Shown piece after piece: positions 1 to 9,481 of a DNA stretch of 61,666 nucleotides. Every line of letters begins with the position of its first letter. The stretch's first letter is position 1. The stretch comes from a virus. Made by a program: the position numbers and the translations under genes. The notes beneath the pieces are model-generated. The model was given only the letters and a program-made list of their open reading frames with translations. It was not told the origin of the DNA and made no database searches. The DNA lies in the IMG/VR virus record IMGVR_UViG_3300025133_000106; one strand, given 5' to 3'.

Positions 1-57
1 AAAACAAAGAATCCATTACTTGCATGGCCACACCGAGATAAACCACAAACAGTAAAA

Positions 58-624
58 TTGCTAGCAGACAGTGTGCTTGTATTCGATAGGTATTATATCA
101 GGAAAAATGCAGAAGAATTTGATTCAATCACATTCAGGCTCGTCTCTTACCCCGGTGAGCCTGTTGCTGATGTTAGATTCTGGGTATCTCTTTGTGACGT
201 TGATGGCCTCGAGGCTGTGAAGGTCACAGCAGTCCCAAAAAAAGGAGCAAAGACCCCTGCTGACAGAGCAGCATCAAAAATTGAGTGTGACATTCTGCGA
301 GCAGGCTTGATGCACTCCCATAAAGATAAATTCATCGACTGCGTAAATGAAATTAGGGTAGCTGATGAATGTATGCTTCAAAGAGCTGTGGGTGTCGTAC
401 CTCCTCGTTTTGAACTTGGTGCATTCTATGGGCCAAAATATAGGGATGGTCCTGATTTTGTAAGAAAAATAAAAATTGAGCTTAGTTTTGAAATAGAGGG
501 AAGTGAATGGTATCGCACTCGAAATAGACTCCAATGGCAATATCGTACGTACAAAGCTAAAGTTTATTTCGACGAAAAAACGTCAATTAAGTGTATGAAG
601 CTATCAGCTCGTCTTCCACAGTAA
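58..624 (+). CDS. hypothetical protein
   Basis: 188-aa ORF at window edge, same strand as neighbours; no recognisable motif. Confidence 0.4.
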   Translation: MLADSVLVFDRYYIRKNAEEFDSITFRLVSYPGEPVADVRFWVSLCDVDGLEAVKVTAVPKKGAKTPADRAASKIECDILRAGLMHSHKDKFIDCVNEIRVADECMLQRAVGVVPPRFELGAFYGPKYRDGPDFVRKIKIELSFEIEGSEWYRTRNRLQWQYRTYKAKVYFDEKTSIKCMKLSARLPQ

Positions 625-682
625 GAATAAATTTTATATAACTTATTGTAAACTGCATTCACATATGTGGTATAATATAAAT

Positions 683-1693
683 ATGAAAATTATGGTTTCT
701 GGAGGCGCAGGCTTCCTTGGTTCATGGCTAATTGAGGAACTATTGTCTTTAGGACATAGTGTAGTTAGTGTAGATAGTATGATAGGCGGGTATGATGATA
801 ATATCATACAAAATAGCAAGCATGAGTTTCATACGGGCGATGTAAGAGATTTAGAGCTAATGACGGAGCTGACTGCTGGATGTGATGTTATTTTCCACAC
901 AGCAGCGTTAGCATATGAAGGGCTGTCAGTTTTTAGTCCAGCATTAATTACTGACAACATCGTTACCGGGACTGTTACATTAGCGACAGCTGGGATAAAC
1001 TCAGGGGTAAAAAGGTTCATTAATTGCTCTTCGATGGCAAGATACGGTGCGAATAAAGTTCCATTTACTGAATCAATGCAGCCATCTCCTGAAGACCCTT
1101 ATGGCGTTGCGAAATATGCAGCTGAGATGCAGCTTGATCTGCTGGGTAGAATTCATGGCTTTGAAGTTGTCCATGCCATTCCCCATAATATTATTGGTCC
1201 ACGCCAAAAGTATGATGATCCCTTCAGAAATGTGGCATCCATAATGACTAATTTAATGCTTCAAGGGCGTCAGCCAATCGTTTACGGCGATGGAAACCAA
1301 AAAAGATGCTTTAGTTTTGTTAACGATGATTTGTTCGTTTTAACAAGGCTGATTGATTGTGATTTAAAAGTTCATGGTGAGAAGTTTAATATCGGCCCAG
1401 ACGAAGAGTTTGTTACTATTAATGAATTAGCCGATAGGATCGCCTCCATACTAGATTTTAAGCTTGATATCGAGTATCATAAAGCACGACCCTGTGAAGT
1501 TATGCTAGCAACATGCTCAGCAAACAAAATTAGAGAAAGGTTCGGATATGAAACAAAGACAACATTAAATGAGGGTTTAGAATCAATTGTTAACTATGTT
1601 AAGCAACGAGGCACACAAAAATTTAAATATCACTTGCCTATTGAGATTCATAATGCACAATTGCCACGAACGTGGAAAGAAAGGCTTTTCTGA
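683..1693 (+). CDS. NAD-dependent epimerase/dehydratase (extended SDR, nucleotide-sugar enzyme)
   Basis: N-terminal Rossmann GGAGFLGSWL; catalytic YxxxK as PYGVAKYAAE; length ~337 aa typical of GalE/RmlB family. Start placed at MKIMVSGG. Confidence 0.75.
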   Translation: MKIMVSGGAGFLGSWLIEELLSLGHSVVSVDSMIGGYDDNIIQNSKHEFHTGDVRDLELMTELTAGCDVIFHTAALAYEGLSVFSPALITDNIVTGTVTLATAGINSGVKRFINCSSMARYGANKVPFTESMQPSPEDPYGVAKYAAEMQLDLLGRIHGFEVVHAIPHNIIGPRQKYDDPFRNVASIMTNLMLQGRQPIVYGDGNQKRCFSFVNDDLFVLTRLIDCDLKVHGEKFNIGPDEEFVTINELADRIASILDFKLDIEYHKARPCEVMLATCSANKIRERFGYETKTTLNEGLESIVNYVKQRGTQKFKYHLPIEIHNAQLPRTWKERLF

Positions 1694-2070
1694 TGAACGC
1701 TTTAGATGATGCAGTTACTGCAATATCACATGAGCTCCTAAAATTAAGTAAACAGAGAAATGACGTAGACTATGAAGCGCTGCCTTTGGACAAACTTGAA
1801 GCCAGGATACATGATGTTCTCATGGGTTTATCAGGAGAAACGCTGAATATACTAAAACAGTCCACAATGAAATCAGGGCTTAAGCAATCACAGGATGAGG
1901 CTGAATGTTGTTCAACTTGTTTAATGCCTATTGCTGAGTGCCATCGCGAAGATGTCGCCGCACGATGGCACAAAGAAGATATGGATCTTTTTTGTAGTTG
2001 TTGTGGGCGCTTTTGGAAAGGCACGATTACTGAGCTGAGTCGTGCCAGAGAGTTTATGGATAATGAATAA
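1693..2070 (+). CDS. Cys-rich (zinc-ribbon-like) hypothetical protein
   Basis: CCSTC...C-H and CSCCGRFW cysteine clusters; ATGA overlap with upstream stop. Confidence 0.45.
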   Translation: MNALDDAVTAISHELLKLSKQRNDVDYEALPLDKLEARIHDVLMGLSGETLNILKQSTMKSGLKQSQDEAECCSTCLMPIAECHREDVAARWHKEDMDLFCSCCGRFWKGTITELSRAREFMDNE

Positions 2071-2578
2071 AATACTGTTAAGTGCAACACTTGGCGCCGC
2101 CCTTCTTTTAAGCCCGTTATATGCAGCATGTGAAAATTGTCATGTAATAGTCAATAAAGTAAGACTTAGCCAGCGACAGATTTCGTCATTAGAAAAACAG
2201 CTTAGTATGAAGCTCGCTTGTGGCGAAGTCTGGTATGATAGCATGACTGGTGCATGGGGCCACTCAGGAGGTCCAACGATAGGGTTCATTAGGCCTGGGC
2301 TTTCGTCTGCGCGCCTGCATAGAAATGCCTCCTCAGGAAATACTGGCGTAATAGTTAACAATAGAGAACTACACTGGCTTGATGTTGCGATACTTACTAG
2401 CCAGGGAATTCCAGTGCGAAAAGGTAGATATTGGCTTAATTATTTTGGCCAAGGGGGAAGGGTCGGCAGAGGTGTAGAGTTTACACTCCCGAAACCCAGG
2501 CAGATTAGGCGGAAGCCACCATCGTCACGCAAATCTGTATTTAGCTCGTATGATCTAACTGGGGTAAAAGTATTTTGA
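2063..2578 (+). CDS. secreted hypothetical protein (signal peptide)
   Basis: N-terminus MNKILLSATLGAALLLSPLYAA is a classic signal peptide. Confidence 0.5.
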   Translation: MNKILLSATLGAALLLSPLYAACENCHVIVNKVRLSQRQISSLEKQLSMKLACGEVWYDSMTGAWGHSGGPTIGFIRPGLSSARLHRNASSGNTGVIVNNRELHWLDVAILTSQGIPVRKGRYWLNYFGQGGRVGRGVEFTLPKPRQIRRKPPSSRKSVFSSYDLTGVKVF

Positions 2579-2979
2579 GTCAAATGAAAGTCGCCGTCGG
2601 CACGGCAATTGCAATTGTTAATAGCTCTGGACAAGTATTAATGCATAAGCGTAAAGGTTCACATGGGTCAAGTGAATGGGCCTTACCCGGCGGCTCAGTT
2701 GATCCTGACGAGTTTGCTTGTGCTGCAGCAATTCGTGAAGTATACGAAGAGACTGGGCTTATTGTTACAGATCTAAAGCGTGTAGGGATAAATTTACATT
2801 TTTTTGAAGAGATTCAAAAAGAGTATGTTACTATATACTACAGGTGTTATAATCGGGAAGGAATTCCAAGAGTCATGGAACCAGAAAAAGTCGATGGTGA
2901 ATGGGAGTGGATTACACCAGGTAATTGGCCATCACCCATTTTTGAGGACACAATTAGCATGATAGAAGGTAAACTATGA
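2575..2979 (+). CDS. Nudix hydrolase (MutT-like)
   Basis: Nudix box GGSVDPDEFACAAAIREVYEETGL (Gx5Ex7REUxEExGU). Confidence 0.7.
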   Translation: MSQMKVAVGTAIAIVNSSGQVLMHKRKGSHGSSEWALPGGSVDPDEFACAAAIREVYEETGLIVTDLKRVGINLHFFEEIQKEYVTIYYRCYNREGIPRVMEPEKVDGEWEWITPGNWPSPIFEDTISMIEGKL

Positions 2980-4085
2980 AAGTCGGATTTTCTTACCATG
3001 GCGTTTGGGATGCAATGCGTCCTGGTCACCAATTAGACACTCCTGATGGGCACCGATATGGTCGTAAGCTGTTCATGCAAGAAGTTGTTGATCAAGGTAA
3101 CATGTTATATTTGCTGCAACCAAGAAGAGAAGAAACGCACTTCGCTGGTGCTATTTATCCATTAGAAGGTTTCCCGAATGTGCACGTCCAGAAAAATGGA
3201 AATGAAGTTGCCATTAAGAAAGAATACTATCCTGACCTTGATGTCATCTTTATGGAGTGGAGATGGTCCACATACAAAAATGACAAAACTCACCCGAAGT
3301 ATGATCCCCTCAAGTATGAGGCCGATCTTGATAGACAGTGTGCCCTGCTAGCATACTATCATGATAAAATCCCCATTATCGTTTGGGATACAGACTTGAA
3401 GCTGACGGCAAAAGACGAAGAAAAGTGGCCAAATCTTATCATCGCTGACCCGTCATTTGAGACGAATCGTTTAACGCGGGATAGGGTCTCGCTACCATTC
3501 TGGACAGACTGGAAAGAAATGTTGCCTACTGCAGATCCATATCCGATATATGGATATATTGGAAATAATTACGAAAGAGACGATGAGTTTGAAAATTATT
3601 TCTTTAACTTAAAACAAAGTACACGGATAGCTGGCATTCAGACTGCGATGTATGGCAACTGGCTACAGTCATCACCCGAGCGCCCTCGGCCAACAGCATT
3701 AATATCAACACATCGAGAAGTTGCGTTTAATCATAGGATGAACTTCTTTGATTCTATGAAAATGTTAAATAAATTTATTTGTACTACACACATCTCGAAG
3801 CCCAGATATTATGAGGTGGGTTTTATGTCACCGAGATATTTAGAAGCACTTGCAGTAAACTGTCCCGCGATGGTTCCGCATACTTTTAAAGAAAGTAATT
3901 TACTTGGCGCACTGTGGACTGTGGAAAAAACATCTGACGTCATGGATAGAATCAGACTTCTTCGTAACATGTCACTTGCTAATAGGCAGGAAATTGTCGA
4001 AGAGCAACGGTATCACCTGCAAAGACAGCATGATTTTCATGTCGACTCTGTCGTTGAGTTTATAACTGAAGGTCATTCATTATGA
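2976..4085 (+). CDS. hypothetical protein embedded between the two epimerase genes
   Basis: 369-aa ORF with 4-nt overlaps on both sides; no motif recognised. Confidence 0.55.
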   Translation: MKVGFSYHGVWDAMRPGHQLDTPDGHRYGRKLFMQEVVDQGNMLYLLQPRREETHFAGAIYPLEGFPNVHVQKNGNEVAIKKEYYPDLDVIFMEWRWSTYKNDKTHPKYDPLKYEADLDRQCALLAYYHDKIPIIVWDTDLKLTAKDEEKWPNLIIADPSFETNRLTRDRVSLPFWTDWKEMLPTADPYPIYGYIGNNYERDDEFENYFFNLKQSTRIAGIQTAMYGNWLQSSPERPRPTALISTHREVAFNHRMNFFDSMKMLNKFICTTHISKPRYYEVGFMSPRYLEALAVNCPAMVPHTFKESNLLGALWTVEKTSDVMDRIRLLRNMSLANRQEIVEEQRYHLQRQHDFHVDSVVEFITEGHSL

Positions 4086-5074
4086 AAATAATCGTAACTG
4101 GGCATGCTGGGTTTATAGGATCACATTTATGTAGAGCCCTACTAGAGGCCGGGCACGAAGTTATTGGCATCGATAATTTTAACGATACTCTGGGTGGCAG
4201 AACTGCAGAACAAACACTGAACGAGAAACATATTCACCTTGGGCTTTCTGGGGTTGAGCGAGATAGAATGTCTCTTTATACAGCAGACATCAGAAACGAC
4301 GACATCAAAGAACTCTTCAGTGATGTAGATGTTGTTTATCATCTTGCTGCACAAGCAAGCTTGAGTAAGTCATTTGATTATCCGCTAGAATATCAAAGCG
4401 TGAATGTGGAAGGAACCAACAACATCCTTGAATTTTGTCGCGAAGCGTCGGTTAAGAGAGTTATTTTTGCTTCTGATGCGTCAGTACTGGGATCTGATAC
4501 AACATTTCCATCATTAAGACCACGCCCAGAAAGCGTATTCGCTATGACGAAGATGTCAGGTGAACTTTTAGGTCGTACTTACAACACAAATTTCGGAATA
4601 GAGTTTATTTCACTAAGACTCTTTAATGTGTATGGTCCCAGGTCGAGATGTGATATGGTCATGTCAAAGTTCATTGAGTCAGCTATCGAGCAAATACCTG
4701 TTAAGGGATTATGTTACGGTGGCTCTGTTCGTGATTATATCTACATCACTGACTGTGTCGATGCGCTAAGTGCAGCACTTGACATCAAACTACCAGTTTC
4801 TGGGTATGAATATATCGACGTCGGCACTGGAAAAAGCACAAAGTTATTTAATTTACGGTGTTGTATCGAAAAAAATGTGGGTAAAAATATCCTTCTTGAT
4901 GCAGGCGATCCAGATTATGGCTATCCGAAGGGCGTAATGTCATATAGCGTAGCAAATCCATTAAAGGCGGAGGAATTATTGGAGTGGAGACCTAAAGTCA
5001 CTTTAGACGTGGGTATAGCACGACAGGTCGCTTATATGAAATTAGCACAAATACTAAAGCTAAGTAACACATAG
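4082..5074 (+). CDS. NAD-dependent epimerase/dehydratase family protein (catalytic Tyr replaced by Phe)
   Basis: Rossmann GHAGFIGSHL; SDR-like layout, but the YxxxK position reads FAMTK. Confidence 0.65.
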   Translation: MKIIVTGHAGFIGSHLCRALLEAGHEVIGIDNFNDTLGGRTAEQTLNEKHIHLGLSGVERDRMSLYTADIRNDDIKELFSDVDVVYHLAAQASLSKSFDYPLEYQSVNVEGTNNILEFCREASVKRVIFASDASVLGSDTTFPSLRPRPESVFAMTKMSGELLGRTYNTNFGIEFISLRLFNVYGPRSRCDMVMSKFIESAIEQIPVKGLCYGGSVRDYIYITDCVDALSAALDIKLPVSGYEYIDVGTGKSTKLFNLRCCIEKNVGKNILLDAGDPDYGYPKGVMSYSVANPLKAEELLEWRPKVTLDVGIARQVAYMKLAQILKLSNT

Positions 5075-5106
5075 ATAACTTATTACATTATAGTGTATAA
5101 TTCTTT

Positions 5107-5637
5107 ATGCAGCGTATAATAATATTCGAAGGCCCAGATAGATGCGGTAAATCAAACATCGCACAAGAACTATCAAAAAGGCTGGATATTCCCTATTTTA
5201 AGAATAAGAGAGAGTCAAAGTTTTTTAAAGCTGATCCTGGTTATTTTGTGAAAGCATTAAAGTATGCTGATCCATATTTTATAAGCTACTTGCAGCAAAC
5301 AAAGGCATCAATAATCTTAGATCGCTCATTCCCATCTGAGTGGGTCTATAGCCAAGCATTTAATAGGGAAACAAACCTAGATATTCTACGCATGGTTGAT
5401 GGGCTCTATGCTGGAATCGGCGCAAAGATTATTATTCCCACTAGGAAAGACTACGCATTATGCAGTCCCGATCAATTCGAAGAAATTGATAAAGAAATGC
5501 TTGTCAAGCTTGATGGTTTATATACGGATTTTGAGTCCTGGACGTCATGTGAAACTAAAAGAATTAACGTCGACGATGAAGATCTAGAAAGAGAATTGAG
5601 CGAAATTATGCCATTTTTAGAAGGCAGCGAAGATTAA
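5107..5637 (+). CDS. deoxynucleoside monophosphate kinase (P-loop, thymidylate-kinase-like)
   Basis: Walker A IIFEGPDRCGKSN; size ~176 aa as in phage dNMP kinases. Confidence 0.6.
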   Translation: MQRIIIFEGPDRCGKSNIAQELSKRLDIPYFKNKRESKFFKADPGYFVKALKYADPYFISYLQQTKASIILDRSFPSEWVYSQAFNRETNLDILRMVDGLYAGIGAKIIIPTRKDYALCSPDQFEEIDKEMLVKLDGLYTDFESWTSCETKRINVDDEDLERELSEIMPFLEGSED

Positions 5638-6500
5638 TGAATAAAATAAAAGAAGAGAATTATCACAGCAAACCATTTAGAAAGATTTTCAAAGATCTTC
5701 ACAAGAACGGAAAATATTGTTCACCACGAGGCCAGAAGGTATTAGAAATAGAGAACTATTCTTATACACTTCCCCCATGGGTTAGGTTTCAAAACTTCGA
5801 GCACAGAAAGCTCAGCCTTAAGTATATTAAGACGGAACTGCAATGGTATTTAAAGGGCGATAAACGAGATTTAAGCATCATCGATAGTGCAAAAATTTGG
5901 GGTGACATCGTTAATGATGATGGTACAATTAATTCGAATTATGGGCAATACATTTTCGGGAAAACAAACCAGTTTGATAATGTTTTAAATTTACTTAAGA
6001 GTGATAGGGATTCAAGACGTGCAAGCATCGTCTTGTTAAATAAAAAGCATCTCTTTTCTGAAACTAAGGACGTTCCTTGTACATACTCAATGAACTTCAG
6101 GATTAGAGAAAACAAGCTGAATATGTCTGTTCATATGCGGAGTCAAGATGCTATTTTCGGAATGGGCAATGACGCTCCAACATTCAGCATAATCCATGAA
6201 ATGATGTTATGTGCACTGCATGAGTATTATCCAAGTTTAGAGTATGGTGATTATTTTCATATAGCAGATTCATTTCACGTCTACGAGCGTCATTTTGATA
6301 TGCTGCAAAAACTTACTGGAAAGAGGCTTATCGAAAGAGATACTAAGGAAAGGCCTTTGCATAGACACAAAAAATCTGTCTATGTGGTAGAAAATTGTCC
6401 AAAGATATCAGGTCCAAATGAGGTCAGGTTTTTAAGGAAACTTGATTTTTCTGTCATACCTGAGCCTTTTAAATTTACTAAATGGTTGGTAGAAAAATGA
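5637..6500 (+). CDS. thymidylate synthase-family pyrimidine hydroxymethylase (dCMP hydroxymethylase-like)
   Basis: ThyA-fold hallmarks: catalytic Cys in DVPCTYSMNF, HMRSQD..., C-terminal DSFHVYERH. Asp rather than Asn at the position aligned to TS Asn177 (GMGNDAPTF vs GLPFNIASY). Confidence 0.65.
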   Translation: MNKIKEENYHSKPFRKIFKDLHKNGKYCSPRGQKVLEIENYSYTLPPWVRFQNFEHRKLSLKYIKTELQWYLKGDKRDLSIIDSAKIWGDIVNDDGTINSNYGQYIFGKTNQFDNVLNLLKSDRDSRRASIVLLNKKHLFSETKDVPCTYSMNFRIRENKLNMSVHMRSQDAIFGMGNDAPTFSIIHEMMLCALHEYYPSLEYGDYFHIADSFHVYERHFDMLQKLTGKRLIERDTKERPLHRHKKSVYVVENCPKISGPNEVRFLRKLDFSVIPEPFKFTKWLVEK

Positions 6501-7330
6501 AGACAAGAGAGATTCAATTATTGTTGAATAAGCATGGCCACCGGCTACGCTTAGACGACCAAATGGGGCCTACGACAAAGTCAGCAGTTCGAGCCTTTCA
6601 AAGAAAGCACAAGCTTGTTGCTGATGGTATTGTTGGTTCATTAACTATTAGAGCATTACGTAAATCTCCGGCCAGTTCGAAGAAGCTAAAGTTCAAAAAA
6701 ATTGTATGCGACGATTTTGTTCTTGGCGGAATAGTATCTGGAGCAAATCAAACCTGGATAAGGGAAGATGCAGTTTCTTCATTAGCAAAAGTAAGAGACA
6801 CGATCCAGAGCGCAGGCGCGCTATTTACATCTCATGGCGGAAGGAGACTTCTAAGTGCATCAGTAGGCAAAAATAGAAGTAAAACGAGCCTTCATTATCT
6901 TGGTCTTGCTCATGATCTTCATACAAAATCAGGTATGGTTGATCCTTACAATGATCCTTATGTTGTTGTCCAGAGTCTCGAGGATCACCGGAGGTGGACT
7001 GTATACGCTAGGGTTGATTACCCTATAGGCACATATTTAGAGCTGGAGGCGTACACCTATGAACACAAAAAAATCTCCGTTGCAGGAAATTATATTAACA
7101 TCACTGAGCTTATGGCAGAAAATGGCTGGAAGAGTATCCGCGCAAGAAAGTCATTTTTCTCGAAAGGAAATACGCTGGCAGCAGAGTGGTGGCATTTCCA
7201 AAATGAAGATGTCTTAAAAAAGGGTGTAACTTTCGGCTCAGAATTGATAAAATCATATAAATTGAAAAAATTAAAATCATATCCGTTATGGAAACGTAAT
7301 GGTGTCAAGTGGCAAAAGAATTGGTTTTAG
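6497..7330 (+). CDS. endolysin: PG-binding domain + peptidase M15 (VanY-like)
   Basis: PG_binding_1-like QMGPTTKSAVRAFQRKHKLVADGIVGSLT; M15 motifs SLHYLGLAHDLH and AEWWHFQ; ATGA overlap with upstream gene. Confidence 0.7.
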   Translation: MKTREIQLLLNKHGHRLRLDDQMGPTTKSAVRAFQRKHKLVADGIVGSLTIRALRKSPASSKKLKFKKIVCDDFVLGGIVSGANQTWIREDAVSSLAKVRDTIQSAGALFTSHGGRRLLSASVGKNRSKTSLHYLGLAHDLHTKSGMVDPYNDPYVVVQSLEDHRRWTVYARVDYPIGTYLELEAYTYEHKKISVAGNYINITELMAENGWKSIRARKSFFSKGNTLAAEWWHFQNEDVLKKGVTFGSELIKSYKLKKLKSYPLWKRNGVKWQKNWF

Positions 7331-7891
7331 ATGAAGACAAAAGAGCTTATAAAGCAACTTCAAGAAGCAGACCCATCAGGTGAGCTAGATTGTAACTGTA
7401 ATGGGGCAGATATATACTTCGTTCAACATGAGTACGGCTATTATGACGGCCCATATGAGCGTTTAAAAAGAGATGACTCCAAAGCATGTTACAACGTTAC
7501 TGGAGCTGAAATCACTACCGCCGGAGAAAAAGTTATAATTCATACGTTGTCTATTGAAGATGCATTGTGTAATGATACTGAGCTACCTGTTACTGTCACA
7601 CATTATAATAGAGATAGAATGGCTGAGTATCTTGACACAGTCGAAAAGTGGCGGCAAGAGGCTCGCGATAGTTATCGCAGAGTGAATATGATGTGCTTTG
7701 CGCAATTCGTTAAAAAAGAGTTTGGTCTTGAGCGTGAGATTGCAGATGCATTCTATGCAAGGAATATACACTATAAGGACGAGATTGATGCCGATATTAA
7801 AGCTACTAAATCAAGCCCTTGGCAAAAAAATCATGAAATGTGGAAGCGTAACATTACAGCAGTCAATGGCTTGTTAAAGAAGGTAGGCTAA
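7331..7891 (+). CDS. hypothetical protein
   Basis: 186-aa ORF, tight spacing. Confidence 0.5.
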   Translation: MKTKELIKQLQEADPSGELDCNCNGADIYFVQHEYGYYDGPYERLKRDDSKACYNVTGAEITTAGEKVIIHTLSIEDALCNDTELPVTVTHYNRDRMAEYLDTVEKWRQEARDSYRRVNMMCFAQFVKKEFGLEREIADAFYARNIHYKDEIDADIKATKSSPWQKNHEMWKRNITAVNGLLKKVG

Positions 7892-7892
7892 T

Positions 7893-8831
7893 ATGGACCC
7901 TAAATCTGTCAACTGCGTTATTTATCATGGAAATTGTTCTGATGGTTTTGGCGCAGCATGGGCAGCATGGAAAGTCCTTGGCAATAAGGCTGAATATCAT
8001 GCAGCCTTTCATGGAAAAGCGCCACCTGACGTGACTGGTAAGCGTGTCGTCGTTCTTGATTTTGCATATGACAAAAAAATAACAAAACATTTAATTGCGA
8101 CTGCCGAAGATTTCGAAATGAGAGATCACCACAAGTCAGCAATGATGATGCTAGATGGAATAGCTAAACCAGACTGGTTTCAGTTGGGCAACAGCGGAGC
8201 AATTTTAGCATGGGAATATTTTCATCGAGGGATACCTGCGCCAAGGTTTCTGCAGTTCATAGAAAACAGAGATATGGGCTGGAAACCCTATATGGAATAC
8301 TCAAAAGAATTCTCGACAGCCTTTGATATGATCCCGCTAGAATTTCCAGCGTATGACAGAATGATGAATGCATCTGTTGTAGATGATTGTATTAGAAAGG
8401 GTTCACACATTTTACCTTACGCAGATGCTGCTATTGATAAAGTATGCTCAAAGGCAGTTAAGCGTAAGCTGCAAGAGCATTGTGTTCTTGTTGTTAACTC
8501 GACTCAGTGGATATCTGAGGTCGGCATGAGATTAGCGCCTGATTGCGATTATGCAATAGTGTGGTATTGGGATCATAATGAGAAATATGCGAAAGTTAGC
8601 TTACGATCTTTCCACGATCATATTGACTGCGGTTCGATCGCTAAGCGATTCGGAGGCGGAGGGCATGCGGAGATCGCAGGCTTTGAATACTCAGGAAACA
8701 TCGAAGACTTGTTTAAAAAGCAAATTAAAACCCTCCGAATTGAAACTAAGGATTCAGGAGCACAGCAACTTACCGGCTCGTCCGAGTTGGGATATGATCT
8801 GGATGTCGACAGCTCGTCTTTTGGCAAGTAG
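7893..8831 (+). CDS. DHH-family phosphoesterase (NrnA/RecJ-like core)
   Basis: Motifs HGNCSDGFG (I), VVVLDF (II), RDHH (III), GGGGHAE (IV). Confidence 0.7.
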   Translation: MDPKSVNCVIYHGNCSDGFGAAWAAWKVLGNKAEYHAAFHGKAPPDVTGKRVVVLDFAYDKKITKHLIATAEDFEMRDHHKSAMMMLDGIAKPDWFQLGNSGAILAWEYFHRGIPAPRFLQFIENRDMGWKPYMEYSKEFSTAFDMIPLEFPAYDRMMNASVVDDCIRKGSHILPYADAAIDKVCSKAVKRKLQEHCVLVVNSTQWISEVGMRLAPDCDYAIVWYWDHNEKYAKVSLRSFHDHIDCGSIAKRFGGGGHAEIAGFEYSGNIEDLFKKQIKTLRIETKDSGAQQLTGSSELGYDLDVDSSSFGK

Positions 8832-9189
8832 ATCAATTGATCCAAGAACAAAGGTTGGGTGTGTTATCGTTACTGGCGATAATTCACAAGTCTTAGCAGT
8901 TGGATACAATGGTGATCAGAAGGGCGGAACAAACATGGTCGAATCTGATGAACCTGGCAAGAGCGGCACAATACACGCTGAGGAGAATGCACTAATCAAA
9001 TGCGATTTTTCTAGTCATAAAGAGAAGATTATGTATCTTACAGTCAGTCCATGTGATCAATGTGCAAAGAAAATTATAAATGCAGAGATTGATGAAGTTG
9101 TTTATGATGTCGAATACAGAATTACGGATGGTATTGATAGACTAGAGGCTGCTGGTATCTTTGTAAGAAAGTTTAAAACAAATGAATAG
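8794..9189 (+). CDS. dCMP deaminase (cytidine/deoxycytidylate deaminase fold)
   Basis: Zinc motifs HAEENA and SPCDQCAKKI; start moved to internal ATG 8794 to avoid a long overlap with the DHH gene. Confidence 0.7.
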   Translation: MIWMSTARLLASRSIDPRTKVGCVIVTGDNSQVLAVGYNGDQKGGTNMVESDEPGKSGTIHAEENALIKCDFSSHKEKIMYLTVSPCDQCAKKIINAEIDEVVYDVEYRITDGIDRLEAAGIFVRKFKTNE

Positions 9190-9448
9190 ATACTTTATCA
9201 CGCAAGAAAACTTCTTTAAAAATAAGTTTTCGCAATTGTGCGAAGGCGACATGATTTTGCGTAGAGATCTTATAATAGATTGGCCTAAAAACGTCGCAAC
9301 AGAAGTGTTAATTGTTGCAAAGAGGTTACCTTCGACGGTGGCAGCAGTACAATTATTACCCTTGACCGGGATTTTTTTAATGAATGCTTTACCCTACGTG
9401 AGGACGAGGGAGTCTCGTATCAAGGAGACTTTATTATTGTACAAATGA
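9182..9448 (+). CDS. hypothetical small protein
   Basis: 88-aa ORF only. Confidence 0.3.
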   Translation: MNRYFITQENFFKNKFSQLCEGDMILRRDLIIDWPKNVATEVLIVAKRLPSTVAAVQLLPLTGIFLMNALPYVRTRESRIKETLLLYK

Positions 9449-9481
9449 ATAAAAAAGAGAGGGGATTATATATAATAGATA

